A stretch of 64,000 nt of DNA, taken from Blastocladiella emersonii ATCC 22665. Lineage: Eukaryota; Fungi; Blastocladiomycota. The DNA lies in NCBI GenBank assembly GCA_025594325.1, contig JANHCV010000001.1:558001-622000 (forward strand). Direction: 5' to 3'. The notes below the pieces were generated by a model. It was not told where the DNA came from. It searched no databases and saw nothing but the letters and a program-made list of their open reading frames with translations. Shown piece after piece: positions 1 to 12,100 of this stretch; positions within the stretch are counted from its first letter, which is position 1; every line of letters starts with the position of its first letter. The translations under genes and the position numbers were made by a program.

Positions 1-2
1 CT

Positions 3-830
3 GACCATCTCGAGCTCGTGACGACCCGCAGCCGCACGCTCATGGCTCCTCGTGTCGTCGCCGTCATCGCGATCCCGCATGACATGTGGCGCGTGTGGCA
101 ACGGCGCCTGGCGACCGCAAGCACGCGGTTCTGCTTGAGGTCACGTTCGGCCTGACCCGCTGGGCAACGACGTACGTGTGCGGCCGTCCGATTCGGACTG
201 TCACCTCGCCACGATCGGATTCTGACCGCCCCGCCTACAGAACCTACGCCTGGGACATCATCAAGCCTTTCTTGCCCACATCATCCTCTCGTGCAACCTC
301 GGCGACCCCGTCCCGCTCCTCAACTCGTGCGTGTTTTCTTCGCGTATCTATTCGCGCTCACTAACGTCACCGCTTGTCAACGAAGCATATTCGCTTGGCC
401 CGATACTATTCGCCGCCGTGGATCGACTCAGAACTGTTCACCCGCTCGCCAACACGGTCCCGCACTACGCGGCGCACTGGTACGCGCTGTGCGCAGCGTT
501 GCGCTGGATTCGAGGTTCACGATCTCGTTACACCCGTGTAGTTTGATCCTGTGACTCACGCACACGTCGAGGACGCCAATTCGGGCACGATGGACCTCCA
601 CCAGTTCCGCTGCACGCACCTCAACACTCAGCTCGCAAGCATCAAGTGTGGCGCGATTGTTCAACCACCTCCTCCGCGTGGCCGAGCGCGACTTTGGGCG
701 TCGAGTGGCCGTCGTCGCTTAGACCTCTGCGGAGGGCTTCACAGCCCTCAAGGATGTGCCGACCAGCCGAGGCGCAAAACTGCGGGGTTCCTCCGTGAGC
801 GACGACGATTTGTGGCGTGTGGATGACGCT
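3..830 (+). pseudogene. Degenerate cargo gene in element A (5' partial), unknown function
   Basis: Translated blocks LMAPRVVAVIAIPHD, RKHAVLLEVTFGLTRWATTYVC and LFAAVDRL match LMAPRIVTAIEIPHD, RKSEVLLNLTFDWNRRATTYVC and LFAIVDRL on the minus strand in element B; a frame break lies between the first two blocks. Confidence 0.5.
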
Positions 831-894
831 CGGAATAGATCGTGGTTTTGCTCACTAGATATCCTGTTGCCTACTGAAATCCCTCGGAATTGGA

Positions 895-1140
895 AGAGAT
901 CTCTTGAGGTGCGCGAGATCTGAGCAGGCGCAATGGATCTGCTGGCGCGAAAGGAGCTGAGCTGGGACCTACTGGAGGTATAGATCTGTGCGAGATCTAT
1001 GGTAGATCTATGAGAGATCTATATTCGACACGACAAGAGCAATATATTACTCGTGATCTAGTGGATTACTCGCCCAGCCATTTGGGCCACCTCCACCCTT
1101 AGATCTATGGGAGATCTAGGTAGATCACTGAGAGATCTTC
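895..1140. repeat. Subterminal array of palindromic AGATCT motifs (element A)
   Basis: About ten AGATCT/AGATC copies at short irregular spacing immediately inside the TIR. Confidence 0.8.
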
Positions 1141-1328
1141 GCCCCCAATTTCCCGATGTCGATGTACGTGTTTTCTTCGTCACAACCCGGCGGTGATGCT
1201 GGGCGGACGCGACTGCCGCCACATCTATGGCCGCGGCTTGTCGCTGCTGCTCAAGCAGTGTATGGCCATCATCGCAAAGGTGGTTTGCACCAGCTTGACG
1301 CGGCGGTTGCGAGTCGCGGCCAGCGCGT

Positions 1329-3811
1329 CATCGGGAAATTGGGGGTCAAGATCTCAAAGAAATCTAGCTAGATCTCTCATAGATCTTAGGGTTTCGGGGG
1401 CCAAAATAGCTGGGGAAGATCTAGGTAGAAATCCACTGCAAACCTATGTTTTCTATAGATCTCACCATAGATCTATCCCTCCCGTCCAGCCGAGCTCGAC
1501 TCCGTCAGGGCCGATAGATCTTCGCAACGAACGTAGATTCCCCGCCGACGAGGAGATCTGTGAGGTTTTCAAGCGATCTTCGCCAAGCGATAGATCTCAG
1601 CACACAACGGGAGAGTTCGATGAGTTAGAAACAGATCTGTATTGTGCATCAAATCTACGCGTCGTCGTCGTCGTCGCTATCCAGCGCGACTCCGTACGGA
1701 CTCGCGCCTTGGGCACCCGCCGCCGAGGCTGCGGTTGCAGCGGCAGCGGCAGCGGCGGTGGACTTGGTGAACGACCGGCGCACGACCTCCTCCATGATCA
1801 TGCGGACAAACGGGTGAGCGGCCCGGCGACGCTCGATGCTCGCGACCAGCTAGTGGAAGTAGCTGCGGCGGAACATGTCGACATCCACGATGGGCGCCGC
1901 CGGCCCCTGCACGTACGACTGGACCACAGGAGCAAACTACACAGACACGTCGGGGCGTGAGCTACGAAGCGAGTCAGGATCGTGCGCGACGCGTACCAGC
2001 TCGATGAAGTACACCATGTCGACGAGCGTGCGATCAGGTGCGAGTCGATCCACGATGGCGAACAGGTGCGGCCTGGGCAGCATTGCTACGTCGGCCAGCG
2101 GTGGCGTTAGCGTGGGCGACCAGACACGCGAAAACACACGCACGACTCGGGGAGGGGGACAGGTCGCCTAGGGTGCGCGAGCGGGAGCCATGGGCAATCA
2201 GTTTTGACGATGCCGCGGGCGTAGGTTCTAGAGGCGGGGCGGTCCGGGTCAGATCGCTGGTCGGGAAGCAGCCCAAAGCGGACGATCGCAAACATACGTC
2301 GTTGCCCTGCGGTTCCAGTCGAACGTGAGGTTGAGCAGCACCTCGGACTTGCGGTTGCTGGGCGCCGTCGCCGCGCGCGCGCCACGTCGTGCGGGATCTC
2401 GATGGCGGTGACGATACGCGGCGCCATGAGCATGCGACCGCAGGCCGTCTCGAGCCCCAGGAAGGATAGGACGGCAGGAGCGACGAGAGCGTCCACGTCG
2501 CTGACGCCAGCGAGGTTCAGAGCGTCCGGGGGGGGCGAAGGGTGGCGTCGGCCGGCTTGGGCGGGCAGTATCAGCCGCGGCGGGACCTGGACAACGGGAG
2601 CACGAGAGAAGCGTCAGTGAGGGCAAACCCGTGCGACGGTCAGCGGCGCGGCGTGAGGCAGCAGTTGGTGGGCGGCCGTGCGAGGTGGCGAGGTGGCGTG
2701 CACACAACGGCGCAGGGAGGGTCTGGCTCGTACCCGGCGCAGGCCATGGCGATGTGCCCGATGCAGTCCTGGAGCAAGTGCATGGAGTTGGATGCGTCGC
2801 AGGGGAGTTGGGGGGAAGGACGAGTGGCGGGGGAGGAGAGAGGAAGTCGGCGGCGGCAAGGGTGGACGGTGGGTGGTGGCGACCGAGCCAAGGACTTTGC
2901 CCAAAACAAACGCCGCCGATCCTCACGTGCGCTTGACCGCCGCCTCGCTTGACAGGTTCACCGCGTCGCGTCGGACCATGCCTCCTCCCCTCTTGTCAAG
3001 CATACACAACGCAGGTCTGAAGATCTCATTACTGACACGCTGCAACTCCCTCGCCGCGTGGTTTCGCGGTCGAACGAACTCGAAACAGCTGCGGTTACTG
3101 GCCGTCGCTGCTCTGCCCGACCTGCTACGTGGTGAGATGCGCGAGCCGGAACTCGCTGATCCGTCCTGCAAGGTTGTTGGCGGCTCCACAACGTCGTGAT
3201 CACGCCCGCTTACAACCTCGCTCCCGCTTGAAGGCACACTGGCGGGCACCCGCAACCTTGATCCCTGTCGTGCACGTACAGCTCTTCAACAGCTCCATTT
3301 TCACGTTCCTTGACGCCGATCCTGCACACCGCCTCGAGGGAATCGATGCCCCTGGCCCTCTCCCCTTCCCACTTCGTTGGTCACGCTGCAGGTGTGGTGC
3401 TCCCTGTTTGCTCACTTGAACCACGATTCTCCCGACCCGCCTATGCGACGCACTGATGCACGACTCAGAGATAGTCCAGTGAACTGCTTGATTTATTCCA
3501 AACGCGACTATGGAGGACAAAGGCAGCGATGATCGGTATTGTGATTTGAGAGTCAAGGACGCGCCGCGCGAGTTTTGTCTCAAAGTCGTTCGCTGCGCGA
3601 GTGCAAGCGCTCGACTCCTTCCTAGATTTGTGGTCGAGCACCATAGATTACTCGTAGATCTATGTCGGGTGCCAAGATCTTCGCGAGCGGAACCACTCCG
3701 GACTGGGCGAGCGGGGCTAGATTTCCGCAGGGCTAAGATCTTCGTAGATCACAGTGATCTAGGAAGATCTTCGTGATCCACCGCAGCGGGGTGATCCCCC
3801 ATTTCCCGATG
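1329..3811. mobile_element. Complete non-autonomous TIR DNA transposon (element B), CACTA/CMC-like architecture, carrying gene remnants
   Basis: TIRs CATCGGGAAATTGGGGG (1329-1345) and CCCCCATTTCCCGATG (3796-3811); 2-bp target duplication GT (1327-1328, 3812-3813); AGATCT arrays at about 1350-1640 and 3640-3775; no transposase ORF recognised. Confidence 0.8.
1650..2790 (-). pseudogene. Degenerate multi-exon cargo gene in element B, paralog of the element A cargo
   Basis: Intron signals (GT...CTGAC...CAG near 2586-2635), shared peptide blocks with 3-830, frameshifts and an in-frame TAG near 1850. Confidence 0.5.
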
Positions 3812-4042
3812 GTACGGCGGTGTTCACCGTCGCTGATTGCGGGCGCGGCGGTTTGTGACGGGCGGCGGTCGCGGGCTGTCCGTTGGCTGCAAACCGACCA
3901 TTTGGTGGCGGCGTGATTTTGGGTGGCGAGTGTGGCGCAACGCAAATCACCTCAATAAACGCGATTTTCCAAACGAATAATGTTTCACTATGGATCGGTA
4001 TATCTGAAACCTAGCCCCATTTCAAACCGTGACGCTAAGGTT

Positions 4043-7000
4043 CATCGGAAATCGCGGATCACAAATTGTGCGGCCAGCTGCAAATTTGCACTCAATTCTT
4101 GGGCCGGGTCGGGTGAGGGTCGAAATCGCAAATAAAGATTTCCGGTCAATGCAATACATGAGTGTGATGGGGGAGGTCAGGGGGATTTTTCGCTGGTGGT
4201 CGCGGTGGTCGCGGTGGTCGGAGTTGCCCTTGGAGAAGCTTGGACTTTTCACCACAACGGCTCAGTCTATTGCACTGTTCTTGACGGTGATGAACTGAAC
4301 GTGGTGAGAGCTACAAAAGAGATAACTAAGAGTTGGGGTGGTTGGAAGCCGGGTGTCAAGAAAAAAATGGCGATCGGATTCTCAACTCTAACACACCGCC
4401 GGGGTGGATTCAAGAAGCTAACCTCGAAAGTCGTTCCTGCGCAACGGAGTGAAGGATGTGACTCGCGGAAATATATTTAGCGCTCAGAGGAGCACGGAAA
4501 CGATAGACACTGTTTGAATTCATGGGGTCGCAAATCGAGGACAGCATCCAATCCAGAGGGTAAAAAGGCTTTCTCCTGGCGGCAAACTGGTCAACTACCT
4601 CTACCTCGGTAGATAAACTTGGTCTCCTGGCCGGGATTGCAGTTTAAAGAGGGCGAAACCTATGTTCGCCTGAAGGGGTTTGCGGCACGCATGCTGTTGC
4701 GGATTGCGCTCGCGGATCGAGCTTATTAGGTGGACGCCTACCGGCGCGGCAGGCCAAGCGGCCAAAAAAAGTTGATTTTCTTCAATTGTTTGTACGTGGC
4801 CGCATACTGGCCCGATTCGTACAAGTTGACGAGAGCGAGCGAGTGAAGGACCGCTTCCGGTAGCACGAATGGAGAACAATTGCCAGCCTCGAGTAAAGCT
4901 GGTGAGCCCTGGTACTTAACTTGCGCACAAGTCAGCGCTTCTGCGAGAGCGTACGGGACGGTCGCTCAACCAGTGAAGCACGTCCACGGCGCTGAACCGG
5001 CACGTTGCAAATCTTTCCAGACTTGAATGAGGTGCATGCAATCCAGTCGGTGCGATTGAGCGCCTGGAACGCATCAAAGGCCACTTCAGAAAGTTGCGAA
5101 TGGTGCTATTCCTTTGCTTGAACACAGGGTCGCGGAACGGCCATGCCCAAGCTGCCTCTGACGCTGGTAGAACATGTAACACCGCGTGATCGAGCTTCAC
5201 TATCTGCCACGCGACGCTTTTAGAGTTGAAACGCGACGTGAACGTTTCCAGCTTCATAGTAGAGTCATGGATCAGTAGGCGACATTCTGTTCGTCACTCA
5301 AGGGCGGGTCTCCGACTTGGCGAGCGGTCCTATCAACTAGATGAAGCTGCCGGCGGTCAAATCAAAAGCGGACATGACTTCTGATGCGCTGGGAGAGACA
5401 GGCGCGGCTCGTCAGCGGCTGGCGGTGCCTGTGTTACGGGTTCGGCGCGGCGCTCGAATCGCGCAAGAATACATAAACCAAGCGCAAATAGGAAGAAGTA
5501 CATGGGTTAATTACATTGCATCAAGTGGTATCTGTAGCATGCGTAAAATATGCCCGGAAGGTGGAGGGAGCAAGTCAGCTAGCTGTGGCGGGCGTGTGAA
5601 CTCCATCGTCCGACGCCACCGCACGCTGGCCACGTCCGCTCACGCTTGGCTTGCGAGCTCGTTCAGGCGCAAGATCCTCTCAAAACGCGATGAATGACCT
5701 TTGCGGCTCGCTTGAGAACCTCGCGTGAGCTGCGGTGCGATCCGGCCGCTGCGATGTGCTTGGTACTCGCTCTCGTGCGGCTGAGTCCAGCCGCATCCGT
5801 AACATCCGGCTGTCGTCGCGCAGGCAAGAGAGCAGAAGGCATGAGCTCGCTCTTGGTCTGTTCGTACGACTGTGACACGGTTATCAGACCCGGCTCGCTT
5901 CTTGGCCCCTGTTCATGAAGGAAACGGTGGGCGCTCGCTGTGGACACGAATGCGCGGGATGGAACGGCGAGGTGCGACCCCAGCAACTGTCATGACAAGG
6001 GTCTCGTCGCTTCCAAACCCTAACCAACATCTAAGCTTTGATCGACTCGAGAACAAAGGGAGTAACCGCGCGGCCGCGTCACGACCCGGAACGCGTCGTG
6101 CTTGCCCTATTCCTCCCTCCTCCCCTCGCAGTCCTGCTTTCAAGTGCGGCTTGTCGTTTTTTTTTTTTTTTTTTTTAACCGCGCGTTTCAAGGCTAGCGA
6201 AACTGAGCGAGAGTCGTGGCACGGCGGGTTGCGAGACGGGGCGCGAGACGCGTCGCGAAAACACGTGTGCGGTGACCCGCACGAGACACAGCTTGGCTTG
6301 GACCTTGCCGCGAGCCGACGTCGGGCGAGCGAGTGACTCTTCGCCGCGCCGCGGTCGGTCCCCGCTCTCTCGCTCATCACCACTCGCTGCAATGTATCAC
6401 CCGTCCACCAAAGAAGCACACTACGATCTCGACGCGCGGCAACCACGCGGCCACCGTCAACAGGTACGCGTCACATCCTGCTGCCGCGCCCGCCGCCGCG
6501 CGCTTGGCTCCCATCGCGCCGCCGCGCGCTTGGCTCCCATCGCGCCGACCGTCGTGTTGCGCTCCCGTGGCGGTGCGCCCGGTGTGGTGCCCTTCACACT
6601 CTGCTCCGGCGCGTCGACGACGCGCTGTGAGACCAGCGGTGTCGTCGCTGCCGCGCGTGCGCACCGTCGTACGCGGGCTCCGCCGCGCTCGTTCCTCGGG
6701 CGCAGCACGGCGCAGCGCAAGGGGACCCCACCGGGCTAGCAGCCGCGTGCGCGCTCGTCAAAGGTGCTGACACCTGTGCGGTGCCCATGTAGCCGCCGGC
6801 GCGCGTCCGCCGCCAGGGACTCGACATTTGCCGACTCATGGACCTGAGACCATCGAGCCAGCCTCGCTCGCGACGGTACGCCGTCTCCGCGTGTCTCATG
6901 CACTCACGCTGCACGCTCGCGCCAGTAGCGCCGACAGGCTCGCTCAAGCGGTTCGACCGCGGCCACCGCGTGCGTCAAGTCCCAGTCGCAGGTACGCTTG

Positions 7001-7792
7001 ACACTTCTCGTCGCTGCGCAAGAGTTGGCGCGCGACTGACATGCTCGCTCGCATTGCTCCTCGTAGCCCCTCGTGATCCACTGGTCTCTCGCTACACTAT
7101 CGACCCGCCGCCTCTCAACGGATGAACAACTGGCGCGCAGCATCCGCAAGCTGTACGGCGCCGTATTCGAGGCGACTCGGTACGCCCTCGTCACACGCCG
7201 CTCGAGGCGCAGCGCGACTCACATGAGCTCTCGGACCTTTCTTGCTTGTAGCAGCGATCTCTGACAACCATCTCGCCCGGCCGGTTTCTGTACTCGGCGT
7301 CGTGGCGCGACCTGACCGCGGATCGCAGCAAGCGCGACGCGCACGCGGTTTGGGTCACGGGCGGCGGTTCCGAGTGCGGAGACCTGGTGCTGGCGACGGC
7401 GTCTGCGGTCCGCTCGGGTACCTGCTTGTCGTGTATCTTCGTCGCGCACGGGGCGGGATTCTGACTCGCACGCCGCGCGAACCGCGGCGGTGGCGCCCTG
7501 ACCTGTATCTGAGATCCTCCGCACGCAATACACTCGCAAATTTGCACCAAAGCGCAGTCCCCATCTTGAGAATATGCCATCAATTCGTGCACCAACCGGG
7601 TTGCTCGCCTCACCAATTGGCCATCAAATCTGCCATCAAGTCGCAGCAGATTGAACGGCAATTGGTTGCAAATTTGCTGTCCTAGCCGAACCGCGGGCCG
7701 CCGCTCAATTTGGTGCAAATTTGCTCAGGTTTAAAATTTGCCTCCAAACCATGTAAATTGGCCGCAAATTCGCAAGGCCCGGATTTGCGATG
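4043..7792. mobile_element. 3.75-kb non-autonomous TIR DNA transposon (element C, left copy)
   Basis: Termini CATCGGAAATC and GATTTGCGATG; subterminal GCAAATTTGC palindromes near 4080 and 7536-7770; inverted copy at 57967-61707; no transposase recognised. Confidence 0.85.
4407..7786. repeat. Left arm of a 3,380-bp apparently perfect inverted repeat (partner 57973-61352)
   Basis: All ORF-track entries map to each other with coordinate sum 65759 and identical translations; spot checks are identical, including a T20/A20 run. Confidence 0.95.
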
Positions 7793-8879
7793 AGCGCGTC
7801 GCCCGTGTGCGTCACGTCATCAAGTAAACACCGGGAGCTTGGGCCATCCGCCAGAAATCTGCGGTCGGCAATCGAGGCTTCGTTCTGCTGTCCCGTCGTG
7901 TGGTTTCTGCTGTGGAGCAGCGGGTAATATATTTGAGTTGGCTGCTTCCTTGGTTTACTTGATGAATCCATCGATGAAATCTTTAACATAAACGAGACCA
8001 AGCTCATCACACGTCTTTGAGTCCTTGACGACAGGGGCTGCTAGTTCAGGACTCGCGTCGCTCATCTGCACGTGTGGGGCAAGCCTCACAGCCTCGTTTC
8101 GTCCTCCCCCGTCGCCGAACGCCCACCACCGCTTCTCCCCGTTGAACCCCCAGGGATCCCTCTAGAGATGCTAGCTCATGCAATAACTTACTGCAACGAT
8201 TATGAATCACGTCCTTGTTATGATTGACCCCGTCGTGGGCATCCGAAATTCATTGAAGCGTGCAGCGCTCCTCGTCGGACACACATACCCTTTGCAGCAC
8301 TTTGGTCAGATTCCAACATGATCAATGCGTGTTTGCACCGATTGGCCAAATCCTGGGACACGGCCTTGCCCGGCACGCGCTGACTCGTGGCGCAACGCGC
8401 GCGGCGCGGCGCATCAAAAGTCATTCTCCACCACTGCTTAAAGTGTACTGTCATGCCGAGAAACAAGCCACCTGCAATGGAATCAATGCCGTTGGCACCA
8501 TCAACAATCGCTTGAATCCCTCGAACGTGTGACTTGGCTTTCGAGCAATCTCCACTGACGCTCGAGGTCGATTTGGTTGAGAACAAAAATGCGTCAGCGC
8601 TGCTTTGCAGTCATACCACGCTTGCCGCTCCTGCGGTCAGACCTCTTTAAGCATCACCCTGACGATAACAACAGGTGCGATCCTCTGGCGTGTGAGTTGC
8701 AACAGTGACGCTAACATTGACGAGGTGAGCGTAGGAAGCCAAGCTGCTGATCAACGCCCTTCCATTTGCTCAGATAATCTCGCATACTTGATGCAACGAG
8801 CATATATTCTCATCACGATTATCGCGTATCTCGCGGCTGCTTTTGGCCGCAATGCCGCGACCCGCACAAGATTTCAAAG

Positions 8880-9060
8880 TCTCAACTCACGATAGCTTCA
8901 CTCGGATAGTTCTCGCTCCTATGGCACTGCTTCTCGACATGGCCCGGACGGGCGCCGTGAAAAGCTACGCGTCGCCCGTGCGAGTCATGTCCTCGAGCCC
9001 ATGCCACCACGAGCGAAATCCGTTTTGAGGGAGGCTCTCGCGGCCGAACATCGTTTCTGT
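8880..9060 (+). pseudogene. Coding remnant of a small dispersed family (REKLRVARASHVLE..AKSVL)
   Basis: Same peptide with synonymous differences at about 62040-62300 (minus strand); a third copy is split between 7793-7860 and 61708-61760. Confidence 0.5.
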
Positions 9061-9164
9061 TCTCTGTGTCCTCGGTCATACACTCAACCTTGTACCTCAT
9101 CGATCCCGGTCCCGCTCCTCGCATTCCGCCCGAGCTCAAAAATACCCGTCTCACTCATCTATTC

Positions 9165-12100
9165 TCACGACGTCGGCGTGCTGTCCGCGCGCGACAGCTT
9201 CGACTTGGGCGATCGCGAGCGCACGCCGCCTTCCTCGGCTTCCACGTCGGACAGCGCCGACGGTGTTCGCACGCCACCTCCGCCTGAGTTCCCACTGTTG
9301 GCGACCATGCTGCTCCCGCTGAGCCGCTGCAGGAGCCCGCCCTCGCTGTTCGTCGACGCGGATCCGAGGAGCATGTCGCGTGTGCGCTGCGCGAGCTCGG
9401 TGGCCGACGGCAAGAACCCGGAACTCGTCTTGCCCGCCTCGTTGCCGCTGGGCCGGAACACGCCGGCGGCCGAGTTGGTCGACCCGCGTCGCGGTTTCGC
9501 GTTGTGCGAGGACGCGGGCGAGGGCGAGAGCGAGAGGTTGGTGAGGCTGCCGCTGACGCGCGCGCGGATACTGGACGACAGGTTCGAGATGCTGCCCATG
9601 GACCCTGCGATGGGTTCGAGCATGCGGCCACCACCATGGTGGTTCTCGTTGGCTGCTGCCGCGGCGGCCTCAGCAGCTTCGGCGGCCGCCGCGGCCGCGG
9701 CTTCGGCCTTGCGCTTGCGCCGTCGCTCGCGCTCCTCCTCGCGCTTCTGCTTCTCGGCCGCCTCCTGCAGGCGCTTCTGGTTGCTCTGGACGCGGCGGTC
9801 GATCTCGGCCTGGAACACGGGCCCGATCTCCGGGTACTTGCGCAGGATGTCGTCAAAGTCGTCCTTTTTCAGGACGCACTACGGGTGCGAGGTGCACGGG
9901 TCAGCGAGCGTGCGGCGTGAGTGATGGAGGAGGAGGATTGGATGGCGTACCAGTTGCGTTTCAGACGACGTCCGCGCGGTGGCCGTGCGCAGGACGTTGG
10001 AGAAGAGCGCAAACTCGCCGAAAAACGACCCGGGCATGAGCGTGACGAGGATGCGCGACTCGTCGGGCGTCATGATCTCGACGCTGCCCTTGCGGATAAA
10101 GTACATTTCGGCACCCGCGTCGCCGGCCTTGCAGATCTGAGGAAGCGAACGGTGTGAGTGCTGGATACGATGCGGCGCGGGGTGGGAAAGCGTACGTAGA
10201 AGCCCTTGGTGATGTTGATGGTGCTTATCCTGAATACACGAGCGACGATGGTCAGCACGCCGTGGCCGGTTTTGAGGCTCAAGTCGCGTACCGTTGGCAG
10301 AGCGCGACAATGAACACCTCGGTCGCGTGGTCCTTGAAGATCGGGACGTTGGCGATCAGGCTACATGATGGCGCACGGGATCAGTATTTTGATCACACCC
10401 GCTAGTTATGCAGCCGGACGCGTACTTGTAGTACAGATGGATGTTGACGTCGACGCGGATCGGCTTGGGCAGTTCCGAGAACAGGCGGTCCGTGTCCATG
10501 CCCTTCTTGTGGATCCATTCAAACTCCTACACGTTCCAAGCCCCGTAATGAGAATCCGACCATCGGAATGTGTTGCGCGTGCGCGTACCTCCTGATCCAG
10601 GATCTTGAGCTGCAGCGCCGGCGGTAACTGGTTCTCGACCATGAACTCGCGCAGGAACGCGCGCTTGAAGTTGCGGACCTTGGCTACACCGCGCCGCGCC
10701 CGTTGCCATCAGCCCACCAATCACGCCGCGGACCCACACCTGAGAGCACACGTACCAGCTTTATCGAGCCCCGCCTGCGAGTCGAGCGACCGCACGATCG
10801 ACGCGAGGTTTCCGAAGATGGAACCGTACAGGACCGCGGCCGCGAGCATCTCGGCGGCCTGGAACAGGATCTCGGGCATGGTCTTGATCTCGCGCGGCAT
10901 GAAGTACAGGGCTTTTTGCGCGCCGTAGCTACACACGGTCGAGTGGTCAGCGATGCTTTCGGCGCGGTGGGTGACGGCGAGGTGAGTGGGGCGTACAAGT
11001 TGCGGCAGTACCGCTCAAGAAACGACGTCGGGTTCCCGTCCTCGTCGAACAGAACGGACTCGGTCACGAGCCACTTTTTCTTGGACACGATGTTGATCTA
11101 CACCCGCAAGTTGTGAGTAACCATCATATCCCTTGTGACCGGAAGAACCGTACGCTCAGGATCCAGTACGCGCACGCGTCAATGTGCGAGAGGAAGACCG
11201 AGAACACGAGCGTCTTGATGAGCCGCGAGATGGGCTCGGCGAGCTGCGGGAGGCGGAGGTTGACGACCCAGATGAGCGTGCGGCCGGTGCGCAACAGGCG
11301 GAGCATGCGGAGGTAGGCGTAGGCGACGGTCGCCGCGGGTACATCCCTAAACACGAACCGATATGTGAGCCCATCGAACTCGCGCAAAGAGCCTTGTCAC
11401 GTACACTTGGTCGTAATCGAACCGGACCCCCTGCAGCACGAGCTCCGGCCTCGGCGTCTTGGAGAAGACGCCGCCGGTGTACGCGTAGATAGGGTCCGAG
11501 CACTGGTAGCTGGCGGTGCTGGTGGCGACCATGGCGTGGAACAGGACGAACCAGTCGAGCGGGATCACGGCGAGGATCTCGAGCTTGGACATGGCGTGGC
11601 CGAGGTACACGCGTCGTTTCTGGCTGCGCTCGGCGATCAGGAGACCGAACGAGTCGAACCGCGGCCGCGTCAGCTCGACGGCGACCGACGCGATCAGGAT
11701 CACGTCCAGCAGGCACCACACGAGACGGTACTCGAACGTGTAGTCGCACGCGAACGCGAGCAGCGTCGGGATGCTGATCAGATTGTCTACACTCGTCGCG
11801 AGTCAGCCAACGCACATCGTGAAGAGAGAGCGACGGAAACGTACACATGTCGATCATCCGGATCACCATATCGTAGTACCCCCAGAACCGCGCCCGCGGG
11901 TTACACAGGATCTCGAGCTGCATGCGCGTGAGGTTAGCGCGGCACAGGCGGTACCGGTGGACGATCCGCTCGACGAGCGCCATCTCAGGCGCGTCGAGCG
12001 CATCGCTCATCGAGTTGGTATCCCCGTCCGCGCCGTGCTCGCCCGACGTCGTACTGCCCGTCGTCCCCGCTGCTGCGCCCGACCCCGCGGACGGCGGCGG

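Larger units (their letters stand above)
1..1158. mobile_element. Right end of a non-autonomous TIR DNA transposon (element A); left end lies upstream of the window
   Basis: Ends in CCCCCAATTTCCCGATG (1142-1158), the exact reverse complement of the element B left TIR. It is preceded by a dense AGATCT array that aligns with the B left subterminal region, and it carries a paralog of the B cargo gene. Confidence 0.75.
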
